This document shows positions 26,427 through 38,653 of a stretch of 64,000 nucleotides of DNA, piece after piece. The first letter of the stretch is position 1, and every line of letters begins with the position of its first letter. The translations under genes and the position numbers were made by a program. Under the pieces are notes generated by a model that was not told the DNA's origin, did not search any database, and saw only the letters and a list, made by a program, of their open reading frames with translations. The stretch comes from Squalus acanthias (lineage: Eukaryota): the NCBI GenBank assembly GCA_030390025.1, contig CM059444.1:24676001-24740000 (forward strand), given 5' to 3'.

Positions 26427-26463
26427 AGTTAACGTTTCAGGTCGAAGACCTTTCATCAGAACT
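26427..26463 (-). ncRNA. Minimal type I hammerhead ribozyme motif (family A)
   Basis: AGTT-CTGATGA-A-AGGTC(TTC)GACCT-GAAA-CG-TT-AACT on the minus strand. Confidence 0.78.
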
Positions 26464-27300
26464 GGAGACAGCAGGAAATCAAATAGATTTAAAGCAAGGA
26501 TAAAGCTGGGGAAAGGGGGAGGGGATAAAAGAACAAAAGGAGACATTAAGAGATATTCAAGGCAAGAGGTGGTGTTAATGTGACAGGTTAAGGCTGAAAG
26601 AAGTGTGAAATGCAATGGCAGAATGAAGGACAGCTGCCAGCTTCTAGGAGGAAAAAAAAAGGGGGGGGGCAAATAAAAGGGTGGATGAGAAAATAAAATA
26701 TAAATCTGATGGGGCTGAGGTTATGATCTAAAATTGTTGAACTCGATATTGAGTCCAGAGGGCTGTAGCGTGCCTAAACGAAAGATGAGGTGCTGTTCCT
26801 CGAGCTTACGCTGCGCTTCCGTGGTCCGTAAGGGGGACCCCGAGCTCCCAGTCGCCTGTCACTTTAATTCACCGCTTCACTCCCACTCTGACCTCACCGT
26901 CCTCGGCCTATTACACTGTTCCACAGAAGCGCAGTGTAAGCTCGAGGAACAGTACCTCATCTTTCGTTTAGGCACGCTACAGCCCTCTGGACTCAATATC
27001 GAGTTCAACAATTTTAGATCATAACCTTAGCCCCATCACATTTATATTTTATTTTCTCATCCACCCTTTTATTTGCCCCCCCCTTTTTTTTTCCTCCTAG
27101 AAGCTGGCAGCTGTCCTTCATTCTGCCATTGCATTTCACACTTCTTTCAGCCTTAACCTGTCACATTAACACCACCTCTTGCCTTGAATATCTCTTAATG
27201 TCTCTTAATGTCTCTTAATCTCTCCTTTTGTTCTTTTATCCCCTCCCCCTTTTCCCAGCTTTATCCTTGCTTTAAATCTATTTGATTTCCTGCTGTCTCC

Positions 27301-27337
27301 AGTTCTGATGAAAGGTCTTTGACCTGAAACGTTAACT
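27301..27337 (+). ncRNA. Minimal type I hammerhead ribozyme motif (family A)
   Basis: AGTT-CTGATGA-A-AGGTC(TTT)GACCT-GAAA-CG-TT-AACT; palindromic AACGTT. Confidence 0.78.
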
Positions 27338-29249
27338 CTGTTTCTCTCTCCACGGATGCTGCCTCGCCTGCTGAGTTTTTCCAGCGTTTTCTGTTGTTAT
27401 TTCGTCTCTCCAACATTCCTTTCTCAGCCAACACCACCAACAGTAGATTAACTGGTTGTCTGTGTCATTTGCCATTTCTGGAAACTAGCTGTGTGTAAAT
27501 TGGCTGCTAGGTACATAACAACAGTGATTGCATTTCAAAAAGTAAATCATTGGATTTGAAGAGCTATATAAATGCAAAACCCTTTCTTTCAATGACTCTT
27601 GAACTATAGCTAACCAAATTATAGACATTTTCAAGGCAATGGTTATTTTATTTTGTAGGTTCCAGATAGATAGATGTCAGCAAATGCAAGCATGCAGACC
27701 AAATCATCATCCTTGATGGCTCAGCTAACAAAAATAAACTCTGCAGTATAAAGGCCAGGTGTTTTGATTTGGAAATCAGCCAGGTGCAGAATGCATTTTT
27801 CAAGACTAACACGATGACACCTCGTTAAGTTATTAATTGGGTATGACAGGCCTGGACGAGATGTGAGCTATTAATCAAATGGTGAGTGTTCACGATGCTC
27901 CATTGTATCTTTGAAGCTGGCTTGAATGTCAGCTTTCTGCTTCTAGACCACTTTAGGCTGTAATAAATACAAGAAGCGGCTGGCCAGTTCTTCCCCTTTT
28001 CTTCATCATGATTATCCAATTATCTCTTAAACATTATTGAGTCAATTTCAATAGCACTTGTGGTAATCCATATCACATTCTCATAACCCTTTGAGCAAAA
28101 AAATATTCATCTAACTCCCCCTTTGAAAGAAAGATGTGTCTATCTGCATTTCAGATCTCTCTGTTCCTTTGAACCATTAACATTTTTACCATTTAGGGTA
28201 TATTTCCATTCTCTGTTCTTTGTCCCAAAATGTACTACTTCACAGGGAGTGTTATTAGATACATGAAATGAGATCAGTGGGTTGCATCCGTCCACAAGGG
28301 CATGCAATTACACCAAAGTTATTCTCAAGCCATTTTTCTATTGCCTAAAGCCTGTTGTCAATTATGAGCATGAGGGTTCTTCTGCAGTACTGCCAGTGAC
28401 TAGTCCAGTCTCTTCAATACACCTGTGAGGGCATTCTCAGATGTGGAGAGTATTATACTGAGTTGTTATCCCTCCTAAAAGGCCAGTTAGTTATAAAAAA
28501 TCTTCATGGAGGATGGCAAGTTGGTGGAGTGAAAATCTATCCCATGCATTTTTTTGTATCATTCTCTGTTCCAGCACACTCCCCTTTATTAAAGCAGAAC
28601 ATTGTTTCGGTAATTTCAATGGATCTGATAATGCTACAGGAGAAATGTGCACAATCACCTTTAATACCATTTTCTAAGTAAAACAGTGTAATGGGAATTC
28701 AGTCCGATTGAAATGGATGAGTAACAAAATCTCTGCATCAACCAAACTTGCTCTGAAAATGACCTTGCAGTTATTAAGCTTGATTTTAACTCAGATAGTG
28801 CAGTGGTACAGTAGATCAGAGCACTAATGTACTGCAGCTTGGAATAGTTGGACATGTGTTTTCACCTCTGATTCCCTCACACAAGAGCATAATTCCGTTA
28901 GAGTGTAAACAATTACAGAAAATGTGAGGAAAGCTGATAGTTTTCACAGATTTTCAGCAAACTGCATTATTTACACCTGTAGTGGATTTTTCCCATTCAT
29001 GGAGTGCTGAGATGTAAATAATGAAACCAGAGAGGAAAAATAGCTTGTTAATGTTTCAAATGTACTCGCTGAGGTTATTTGCTTAGAAGCAGTTGTTTTT
29101 CTCTTTTCTCCATTCAGTTGGGGTAATATTCAAGCAGAGCTGAAGCTGCCAATGGGACACAGTATCTGGATCAGTCTGGTTACTTTCAGTGGGATGTAGG
29201 TGATGATCCTGTTGTCATTGTCACATCTGACCTGAACCCCATTCACACT

Positions 29250-30395
29250 TAGGAACATATGAACAGGAGTAGGCCATTCAGCCCCTCGAGCCTGCTCTGC
29301 CATTCAATGAGATCATGGCTGATCTGTGACCTAATTCCATATACCCACCTTTGGCCCATATCCCTTAATAACTTTGGTTAACAGAAAGCTATCAATCTCA
29401 GATTTAAAATTAACAATTGATCTAGCATCAATTGCCATTTGCGGAAGAGAGTTCCAAACTTCTACCACCCTTTGTGTGTAGAAGTGTTTCCTAATTTCAC
29501 TCCTGAAAGGTCTAGCTCTAATTTTTAGACTATGCCTCCTAGTCCAAGAATCCCCAACCAGCGGAAATAGTTTCTCTCTATCTACCCTAACTGTTCCCCT
29601 TAATATCTCGAAAACTTCGATCAGATCACCCCCTTAACCGTCTAAATTCTAGGGAATACAACCCTAATTTGTGTAATCTCTCCTCGTAACTTAACCCTTG
29701 AAGTCCGGGTATCATTCTGGTAAACCTACGCTGCACTCCCTCCAAGGCCAATATATCCTTCGTAAGGGGTGGTGCCGAGACTGCTCACAGTACTCCAGGT
29801 GTGGTCTAACCAGGGTTTTGTATAGCTGCAGCATAATTTCTACTCCCTTTTATTCTAGTCCTCTAGATATAAAGGCCAGTATCCCATTAGACTTTTTGAT
29901 TATTTTCTGTACCTGTTCATGACATTTTAATGATCTATGTACCTGGAGCCCCAAGTCTCTTTGGACCGCCACTGTTTATAGCCTTTTGCTATTTAGAAAG
30001 TACCCTGTTCTATCCTTTTTAGTTCAAAAGTGGATGACCTCACATTTGCCTACATTGAAATCCATTTGCCACAGTTTTGCCCAGTCACTTAATCTGTCGA
30101 TATCCCTTTGTAATTTTATGCTTCCATCTACACTGCCTATAATTCCATCTATCTTTGTGTCATCGGCAAATTTGGATGTATGGCTTTCTATGCCATCATC
30201 TAAGTCGGTAATAAATACGGTGAATAGTTGAGGCCCCAACACAGATCCCTGCGGGACACCACTAGTCACCTCCTGCCAATTTGAGTACCGACCCATTATC
30301 CCTATGGCCTGTCTCCTGCCGCTCAGCCAATTTCCTAACCAGGTCAATAATTTGCCCTCATTTCCATGGGCTTCTACCTTAGTTAACTGTCTCGT
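29250..30395 (-). mobile_element. CR1 LINE 3' fragment
   Basis: ORF 30024..30347 ([15 protein letters not shown]) plus CR1 3' UTR. Confidence 0.92.
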
Positions 30396-30397
30396 AT

Positions 30398-30880
30398 GTT
30401 GGACTGATCGTGGTTAGATTCTGAAGACCAAGGTGAGATTTTTTCAAGAGCACCAATGCTGATGGAATAGATGGCAAGTGAGGTTGAGATGACAGAAGCG
30501 ATCTGTCAATGGTGAGAGAGGTTGTTCCAATGAGGTGACACTGGATAGAGAGTTTGCTCCAAACACTTGCAACCTGCATAAAGTTCAATCTGTCTTCCAA
30601 ATGCAGTAAGCAACAGCTTCTGAGCTTGGAAAGTGAACACCTATGAAATGGGAGCTATAATAGACCATTTGTAGCTGTCAAGTAAAGAAATCATCACTTA
30701 CTGACACAACACCCGACCTCCTTACCTGACGTGATCCCCGAGCAGCAGGGAAGCCGTTGGCAAACTCTAAAAATCTAAAGGTAAGCATAAAAGACTAGTT
30801 AATTGCCTCTTAACAGTCTATCTAATGATCTAAATTGCCTCCCCCGCCGCTTGGTGTCGGGTCTGTTCAGCGATGACTCT
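30398..30880 (-). mobile_element. Fragment of the same Harbinger family as 3214-5064, in opposite orientation
   Basis: Reverse complement of about 45200-45670 and about 3330-3780 (gacagaagcgatctgtcaatggtgagagaggttgttccaatga). Confidence 0.8.
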
Positions 30881-30884
30881 CGTC

Positions 30885-32050
30885 AAGGGCGAGAGTGACT
30901 GCATTCGACATCAAGGCAGCATTTGACCGAGTGTGGTATCAAGGAGCCCTAGTAAAATTGAAGTCAATGGGAATCAGGGGAAAACTCTCCACTGGCTGGA
31001 GTCATACCTAGCACAAAGGAAGATGGTTGTAGTTGTTGGAGGCCAATCATCTCAGCCCAAGGACATCGCTGCAGGAGTTCCTCAGGGCAGTGTCCTAGGC
31101 CCAACCATCTGCAGCTGCTTCATCAATGACCTTCCCTCCATCATAAGGTCAGGAGTGGGGATGTTTGCTGATGACTGCACAGTGTTCAGTTCCATTCGCA
31201 ACTCCCCAGATAATGAAGCAGTCCATGCCCGCATGCAGCAAGACCTGGACGACATTCAGGCTTGGGCTGATAAGTGGCAGGTAACATTCACGTCACACAA
31301 GTGCCAGACAATGACTATCTCCAACAAGTGAGAGTCTAACCACTGCCCCTTGACATTCAACGGCATTACCATCGCCGAATCCCCCACTATAAACATCCTG
31401 GGGGTAACTACTGACCAGAAACTTAACTGGACCAGCCACATAAATACTGTGGCAACAAGAGCAGGTCAGAGGTTGGGTATTCTGCAGTGAGTGTCTCACC
31501 TCCTTACTCCCCAAAGCCTTTCCACCATCTACAAGGCACAAGTCAGCAGTGTGATGGAATACTCTCCACTTGCCTGGATGAGTGCAGCTCCAACAACACT
31601 CAAGATGCTCGACACCATCCAGGACAAAGCAGCCCATTTGATTGGCACCTCATCCACCACCTTAAACATTCACTCCATCCACCACCACGTACCGTGGCTG
31701 CAGTGTGTACCATCTACAAGATGCACTGCAGCAACTCACCAAGGCTTCTTCGGCAGCACCTCCCAAACCCGCGACTTCTGCCATCTAGAAGGACACAGGC
31801 AGCAGGCGCATGGGAACACCACCACCTCCAAGTTCCCCTCCAAGTTGCATACCATCCTGACTTGGAAATATATCGCCGTTCCTTCATCCTGAAACTCCCT
31901 CCCTAACACTATCGTGGGAGTACCTTCACCACACGGACTACAGCGGTTCAAGAAGGCGGCTCACCACTACCTTCTCAAGGGCAATTAGGGATGGGCAATA
32001 AATGCTGGCCTTGCCAGCGATGCCCACATCCCATGAACGAATAAAAAAAA
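30885..32050 (+). mobile_element. Second LINE family (CR1/Jockey group; DIKAAFDRVW, MFADD), 3' fragment
   Basis: ORFs 30933..31331 and 31491..31892; A-rich tail at 32040-32051; colinear with 59550-60690. Confidence 0.9.
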
Positions 32051-33399
32051 ATTGCAAAAATGTTTGTTTCTGGGCTGGCACGTAGTGCAAATAATGACAC
32101 TAGGTGGTCTGGTATACTGCCTTGCTCTGATTCTTGCTACAAACCATTGCTTCCTGCACCATCATCCATAAAGAGAGCGAGAGTTCATTTATAAGTGCAT
32201 TAATGCACTTCTTCAATTCACTATTTCCTTTAAAATTACTGAGCAGCCAAAAATGTTCTCAGTGTGTGAGCATAAAACATTGATGCTGTGGGTTCTGAAA
32301 ATCGGAAGAAGATAGCATGAACTTTGTATGTGGCAGCTGGTGTGCACCGCAATCCTACCCCTTCAAGAGGAGTGCCTTTGACCATCTCCATATCAGTGAA
32401 AGCCATAATTTTGTGTTCAAATGTTGCCATGGTCTTCAGTGATTTGAAGTCTCCGTTAGTGCCACTGTAAAGCATGCTATCGGGAATCATTACCATTATT
32501 TGATCATTACCAGGTAGGTGCACCTCTGCCTATGAATGCAGCTGTGAGGTTCCTGGTGGGTGACCACAATCTGTCTCTGATTTAGCTTGATCTCCCTGGC
32601 ATCCCTCCATTGCTCATCCTCTTCTGCCACCAAAAAACATAAGGGGCATTTCTACTGGTGAGGTCCACTATGCCAAACTCGTTGATGTACCAAAAATATT
32701 TGACACACAATCTCATTACCAACTAAGTCTAAACAAGAAAAGAAACCAAAAAAGGTTGAAAGACAGCCTCAAAATGCTGCTACAAATATTACTATGGGGC
32801 TCTTTAAATGCACTATAACCCTGGACATCTACGTTATGTGGGGAGGTAAATAGTTGCGTGCGAGTCCAGGGTAACCATCAGGAAATTGTGTGCACATCTC
32901 GACATCAGGGCTTAACTTTAATATAACTTACTGTAAACTGTTAGGTGCTTTCTAACAAGTGGAATAAAATTGTTCTTAGCCTGTGGAGAATTTTGGTACA
33001 GATTCAGTTCACATCTGGCTAATATGAATAGAATCCTTCTGCTATGAATAGTGTATTTTAGTTCGTGACCATTGAATCAACAGTAGACAAATGTTTATCC
33101 TTGGGCATGAGCTTGTATTATGTACAGATTTTGGGGGAGGGGTATCATCATCCAGGGAATGCGGTAGAAGTATTCAAAACAATAATTCAAATCTTTAAGT
33201 AAAGGTCCTTTATTTGTTGTCGGACCCTTTTGTGAAATTGGGCTGCTCTAGCACCTGACTCCCCATGTGATAAAATTGTTCAGCAAATCATGGCACTAAC
33301 ACACAGCAAGGACCTTTTAAGAGTGCAATTTAAAGGACACATCCACTACATACAGGTTAGTTGCTAGTTTGTCCTTTTTAGCTGCTGGTTAACTGTTGG

Positions 33400-33932
33400 G
33401 CATTCTTTGGCCTATTTTTCTCACTTCAACAACTGATTTCTGACTTCTGAGAAGAAGTGTTTGCTGGTGTTGCAATGTTTTTGGCTGCTTTCAGAACTAT
33501 TTTACTGCAGTTATGGGTGGTCTGGTAGGGTTGCCTTTGGGGCTGGAGGATTGGGCAAACAGCCAAAAAGACAGGAGAGAGCAGGAATAGCTGGGAGAAG
33601 AGGGAGGGGAAGGGCACTGCGCAGGGAGCACTTCAACTACCTGAACTTCTCTGAGGAGCAATGTGTGAGATGCTTTCTCTTCACAAAGGAGACTTATCAC
33701 TGAGCTATATCGCCTGCTGCAGCTGCAACTACAACTCGAGCATCGAGGCATGGCATGGACAGCACTGCTTGTGACTGTCAAGTTACCGTGGACCTTAACC
33801 TTTACGCAACGGGCTTCTTTCAGGCTGCAGCAGGTGACATCAGTGTCATATCCCAGTTTGCAGTCCAGCATTTTATCTGGGAGGTCACCAAGGTTCTCTA
33901 TGATAGGAGGAACACTTACATCTCTTTCCCCA
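33400..33932 (+). pseudogene. Harbinger (HARBI1-like) transposase relic, N-terminal part
   Basis: Frameshifted pieces YLNFSEEQCVRCFLFTKE and VTVDLNLYATGFFQAAAGDISVISQFAVQHFIWEVTKVLY match the HARBI1-type HTH region; cut by an L2 tail. Confidence 0.8.
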
Positions 33933-34122
33933 TATAGTGCTTTAACGTAGTAAAACATCCCAAGGCACTTCACACAAGCGTTATCAAACAAAATTTAACA
34001 CCGAGCTGCATAAGGAGATATTAGGGCAGATGACCAAAGCTTGGTCAAAGAGGTAGGTTTTAAGGAGCGTCTTAAAGGAAGAAAGAAAGGAAGAGATGCG
34101 GAGAGGTTTAGGGAGGGAATTT
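33933..34122 (-). mobile_element. L2-type LINE 3' tail
   Basis: Same sequence as 55221-55406 and 53862-54045. Confidence 0.78.
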
Positions 34123-34404
34123 TAAAAGAAAGGGTGTACAGTGCCTGAGGAGAGGGATCCATTTTCAACATTAACTAGCATAGGGCTCAGGAAGAGAAGG
34201 TTATGGTGGGGTCTTTTTCCTTGACTGACCTGCTAAGGTTAGTGAAATGCACACCATCACCTCTGGTCGATCTTACGCCCAATTGGAAAATCTAGGCTGC
34301 TGTTCTAGGGAGGCTAGTGGTGTTACACTTCCTTGAGTAAAATCTCTATGGTCGCATAGGAAAACCTTGCCCCTTTGTAGCCTATTCCACTTCTTCCAGA
34401 CATT

Positions 34405-34534
34405 GGGGGTGAAATTGGTCTTCGGTGGTAGCACAAAATAGGCAATGGTAAAGACAATCGAGCGGGAATGTAAAATAGGCTGCCAATTCACTATCACCCA
34501 TTTAGCGCTACCACCAAAGACCAGTTTCACCTGC
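34405..34534. mobile_element. Short palindromic MITE (GGGGGTGAAATTGG family)
   Basis: GGGGGTGAAATTGGTCTTCGGTGGTAGC / GCTACCACCAAAGACCAGTTTCACCTGC; ATT on both flanks. Confidence 0.82.
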
Positions 34535-34597
34535 ATTGTTTAGGGAAAACAACCTTGCTGCTTTGCAATTGCAAAAGTAATGGATATCAGCTTTTTA

Positions 34598-35358
34598 GGC
34601 CCGTAATTTCCGATAGGAAGCTTCCTGCGTGCAGATGCTCCTATCGGAAAAAAATCTACGAACTTACCTGAGGGCTCCCGAGGTGCGTACACTTCCGCTC
34701 CTGGGCCTCTCCACAGTCGAAATGCGCAGGGCCCACGTATCCCAGGGGTGCATGCAGTTCGCAAGCGTCCCTGGGATCACGTGGGCCAGGCAAACCAATG
34801 GGAGAAGGAAATCTCCCTTCATACTTTTGACAGATAGACCTGTCAAATATATGAATGGAGATCACTCCAAAAAGACACTAAAACATTAAATACATTTTTT
34901 AAAAACCATCACATTTTTAAAATGAGTTAAAATTACATTAAATTAAATATTTTAAACAAAAATTTAATTTTTTGAAAAAATAATTGAAGTTTTTTATGGG
35001 GCTAAAAATAAACTTACCTTTTTATAAAAGCATTTTTAAATTATAAATGAGTGAAAAAAAATTTTTTTATTACTTTTTTCCACTTTTATGCTGGTAAAAG
35101 CAGGCCTTACGCCTGCTTTTACCAGGCGTAAGATTTCTAAGGGTTTTCAGTGAGCAGAGGTTCAGCAGAAAGCGGAACTCTCCCCCCACAGAGGCCCTTC
35201 TCTAGGGCAGGCGTCCGATCTGTCAAGAGCATTCTTGACAGATCGAAAATGCCAGTTTTCAGCGCATGCACTTCGCATGCCTGAAACTGGCATTTCCGAT
35301 GTCCCTACGGGTGTGTACACAGCGCATACACACCCATAGGCATTGGAAAATATGGGCC
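34598..35358. mobile_element. Harbinger-type MITE
   Basis: TIRs GGCCCGTAATTTCCGAT / ATTGGAAAATATGGGCC; TTA duplication (34595-34597, 35359-35361); AT-rich core. Confidence 0.82.
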
Positions 35359-35915
35359 TTAATCTGCTGCTGGCTTTACATTCTGCAGCAGCGTGCAATT
35401 TCCCACCACCTGCAGGTGAACTCCCAATGAAAGGCTCGCCCATCATATTTAGATCATGTTGACCCCAGACATTTACACAGGGTCAGTGCACTATGGATCA
35501 GGTAGGTGCAAATTGCACAACACCTGACTGCTGGTTGATCCTCTGCCAATCGGAAAACCTAGGCTAGAATGGTGAGGTGCAACTGTAGATCCTATGTTTC
35601 AGGCATAAATGTTGCAATTTGACACTGGTTAGTTCATGACCTTGAAGATACTAATAGTCTAGATACAGCTCTGCAGTGTTACTGACGTGGGCTCTGATAT
35701 GGGTAGGACATTCACAGCCAATGCAGTGATCTTGACAACTTTGTATTGTATTGAGACTTTACCAAAAAAGGGTTGGTTATTCCACAGCTGCCACAGATTA
35801 CGTCACAGGATAGATATCAACTTTGTGTTGCATTGAGGTTTCTGATGCTGACAAGGTTTTTAAGGAATTCCCAAGGAGCTACCAGTTTTTATAGCCAAGT
35901 TTTTAACTAGTTTAC

Positions 35916-36053
35916 CCCAATGTAGATTGGATGTGAATACTGAGCCAAGTGCTGAATGTTGTAACTGAAAGGCATTCGCAATTCTTATAGCATCGAGGTG
36001 GATAGAGAACATCATGTTCCGTTTTTTCCCAGCAGAATCATGGGCTTGGTCTT
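35916..36053 (-). CDS. Candidate internal coding exon (DQAHDSAGKKRNMMFSIHLDAIRIANAFQLQHSALGSVFTSNLHW)
   Basis: Acceptor gttatcttcag|, donor TGGG|gtaaac, 138 bp, phase 1-1, inside non-repeat ORF 35860..36369; GKKR motif. Confidence 0.3.
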
Positions 36054-38095
36054 CTGAAGATAACATCACTTGTGTATACATTCTACCTACGTCAGCACAC
36101 AGTCTGTCTTGCAGATAGCAACTTAACCACCCTGAGGAGGAGAGCAACATTACTTTTGATGGCATCCAGCAGCTCGTTACTGAAAACAGCCAAACACATT
36201 TCCCCCAGAAGACCTTTTGAATTGGTGGTAGAATAGGATGATGAATGTCCATTATCACAACATGATATTTGTATCCTCTAAGTAAGTTCCATATCCAGTT
36301 CAATAGCACACTAAATAGGACACAAGAGATCAACCGCTCAGTGAGGCTTGGTTGCTCTAGAAATGTCAAGAGCTACTAATTAGACTTCACAGTGTTTATC
36401 AGGACAATCATTCCATTTCTGGCCCCTGAGATTGAGTTATCATCATTAGCTCTGAAGCCAAATTGATAACTACACAGCTGGTTGTTACTGTTCAAATGTG
36501 CAGCAGCTTGTCATTCACTGTAGTTTCCATAAACGCTGATATTCTCAGTAATAGGTATACTGGTCTGTAATTATTGAGGTCTGATTTTAACCCCTTCTTG
36601 TTGATGGGCAAAACGTTTGTTGCTTTTCATTAGAATGGGATGTTGGTTGGCAGGGGTAGTGGAAACGCATTAGCCAAGGTAGCAGGTGTTCGTAAGATAC
36701 AAATTCAATCACCTCTGGGATGTGAATAAGTAGTTGTTCTGGAATCCAACTTTTGAAGGAGATACTTAACTGAGTAAACTTCCTTTATCATAGAAGATCT
36801 ATGGTTACCACAAGAGAGGAGGCCTTCCTTTTTCCAATGGTGAACACCAATTCTTGTTCTCTAAATATTACTTCAGAATATCCACAATATAAACTAACTA
36901 CAAAATAAATAAATTCCTTGGGATACAAAACAAACAAATGATATTCCATCTGAGATATTGTTCCAAATCTACATAAATGGCCTGATACCAAAACCAAATG
37001 TAACCTTGTCAAATTTGCGAATGACACTAAAATGGGAAGTATAGTACAGCCAGATATTAAGCTAATGATTTGCAGAAGCCCAAGAAGGCTTAGAGTAGGG
37101 ACTGGCAGTAATAGTAGACTAAACACTTTTGATGTTTAGACAATGTCGAATAGCAATTTAAAACACTAATTAAATGCACAGCCAGAGGAGTAGAGGGGTA
37201 ATTTTCTCACTATATTTTGACAGTGAGGAGTCTTGCCCACCAGCAGTGCCTATCGAAAATTACCCAGACCACATCTGCAGTACTGTTTTCTGTTCTGGTC
37301 ATCACACCACAAACCAATGTGCAGGTATCAGAAAAGACGCACAATAAGACTGATCATAAATGTAAAGGTGATGACAAAAATTTAGCGAAGCTGAAGACCT
37401 ACAAGCTAAAAGAAAGCTGATAACAGGAAACATCGGTGAGATAAATAAAAATATCGAATAGCCAAACCTAGATTATTGCTACAAAGTAAACCCGGAAAGT
37501 AGGATCAGAACAAACAAATTGAAATGTGAATAAAGGAAGGATTTCTTTACTCAGAGAATGATAAATGAGGCTGCTGAGGATAACAGAGACAAAAACATTC
37601 AGGACATCAAACTGTATTTGGATATTAAGGTGGGAGAGTACAGGAAGGAAAAGCAATGGAGTGAATGACCTTTCCTTGTTTTTCTTATGTTATGTGTTAA
37701 ATGAACAGGGATTACATATTGCTGACATAGCAGCACCATGGCCAGTAGTCTGAGCGTTAAATTAGGTACATTCAATTAGTGGAGATGGCACATGACCCAG
37801 ATATTTAAAATGATAAGGATCAGAGATAATGTAGACGTGAACAAGTTATTTAAATTAGAATGTGAGCACAGAACTAGAGGACAGGAGTACAAAACTAACA
37901 AACCTCGAGCACGATTAGAATATAGAAGTTTTTTTCCAAACACACAGTGGTGAATCTGTGTAATGGACTCCTGGAAAAAGCACTTACTTAATGTCCGAGG
38001 ATTTCCCAGGATTAGCCATAATCCTGGGTTCACAGTGAGGTGCCAGACTCAATAGAGGCCAAGACTGGGAGCTCGCCAAAAAGGCAGAGTGGAAA

Positions 38096-38249
38096 NNNNN
38101 NNNNNNNNNNNNNNNNNNNNNNNNNNNNNNNNNNNNNNNNNNNNNNNNNNNNNNNNNNNNNNNNNNNNNNNNNNNNNNNNNNNNNNNNNNNNNNNNNNNN
38201 NNNNNNNNNNNNNNNNNNNNNNNNNNNNNNNNNNNNNNNNNNNNNNNNN
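38096..38249. other. Assembly gap (154 N)
   Basis: Run of N. Confidence 1.
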
Positions 38250-38653
38250 AACACCCATTCATACAACCTCAGGACATCCCAAAACACTTCACAGCCAATG
38301 ACGTATAGTCACTGTTGTAATCTGGGAAGCACCGCAGTCAATTTGCACAGGTCAATGTCCCACAAAACAGCTATGAGATGCACGATCAGATATTCTGTTT
38401 TAGTTATATTGGTTGAGGAATAAGTATTGACCAGGACACCAGGAGAATCCTCTGCTCTTCTTTGATTAGCACTATGGGATCTTTTATATCCACCTGAGAG
38501 GGTAGATGAGGCTTCAGTTTAACATCTCATCAAAAGACAGCACCCCCTCAGTACTATGCTGAAGGGTTATGTGTTCAACTCTCTGGAGTGGGACTTGAAC
38601 CCACAGCCTTCTAACTCAGAGGTGAGAGTGGTACCACTGAGCCAAGGTTAACA
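38250..38653 (-). mobile_element. DeuSINE (SacSINE1-like)
   Basis: Reverse complement of the SINE family; tail lost in the gap. Confidence 0.82.

Larger units (their letters stand above)
26325..27403. mobile_element. Penelope-like family A, long fold-back insertion with GIY-YIG C-terminus
   Basis: 14-bp duplication GTCTCTCCAACATT; about 26360-26820 is the reverse complement of about 26925-27403; peptide PVACHFNS...KLEEQYLIFRLGTLQPSGLN. Confidence 0.92.
26110..27590 (+). mobile_element. Degraded DeuSINE split by a Penelope-like insertion
   Basis: Head and core at 26110-26324; remainder and tail at about 27418-27590. Confidence 0.75.

Noticed and set aside
27659-27881. Plus-strand segment between a strong acceptor and a gtgagt donor
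   Set aside because: Stops in all three frames; at most non-coding and unsupported.
32236-32700. 95-aa minus-strand ORF near the Harbinger transposase relic
   Set aside because: May be decayed Harbinger sequence, but no diagnostic motif could be confirmed.
35860-36369. 169-aa ORF as a single-exon gene, and a CRH- or secretin-like reading of KKR-NMMFSIHLD...HW-GK
   Set aside because: Non-ATG start and no signal peptide; family resemblance is limited to a few residues with wrong spacing or exon structure. Only the internal exon candidate was kept.
37984-38423. ORFs spanning the N run
   Set aside because: Artefacts of translating an assembly gap.
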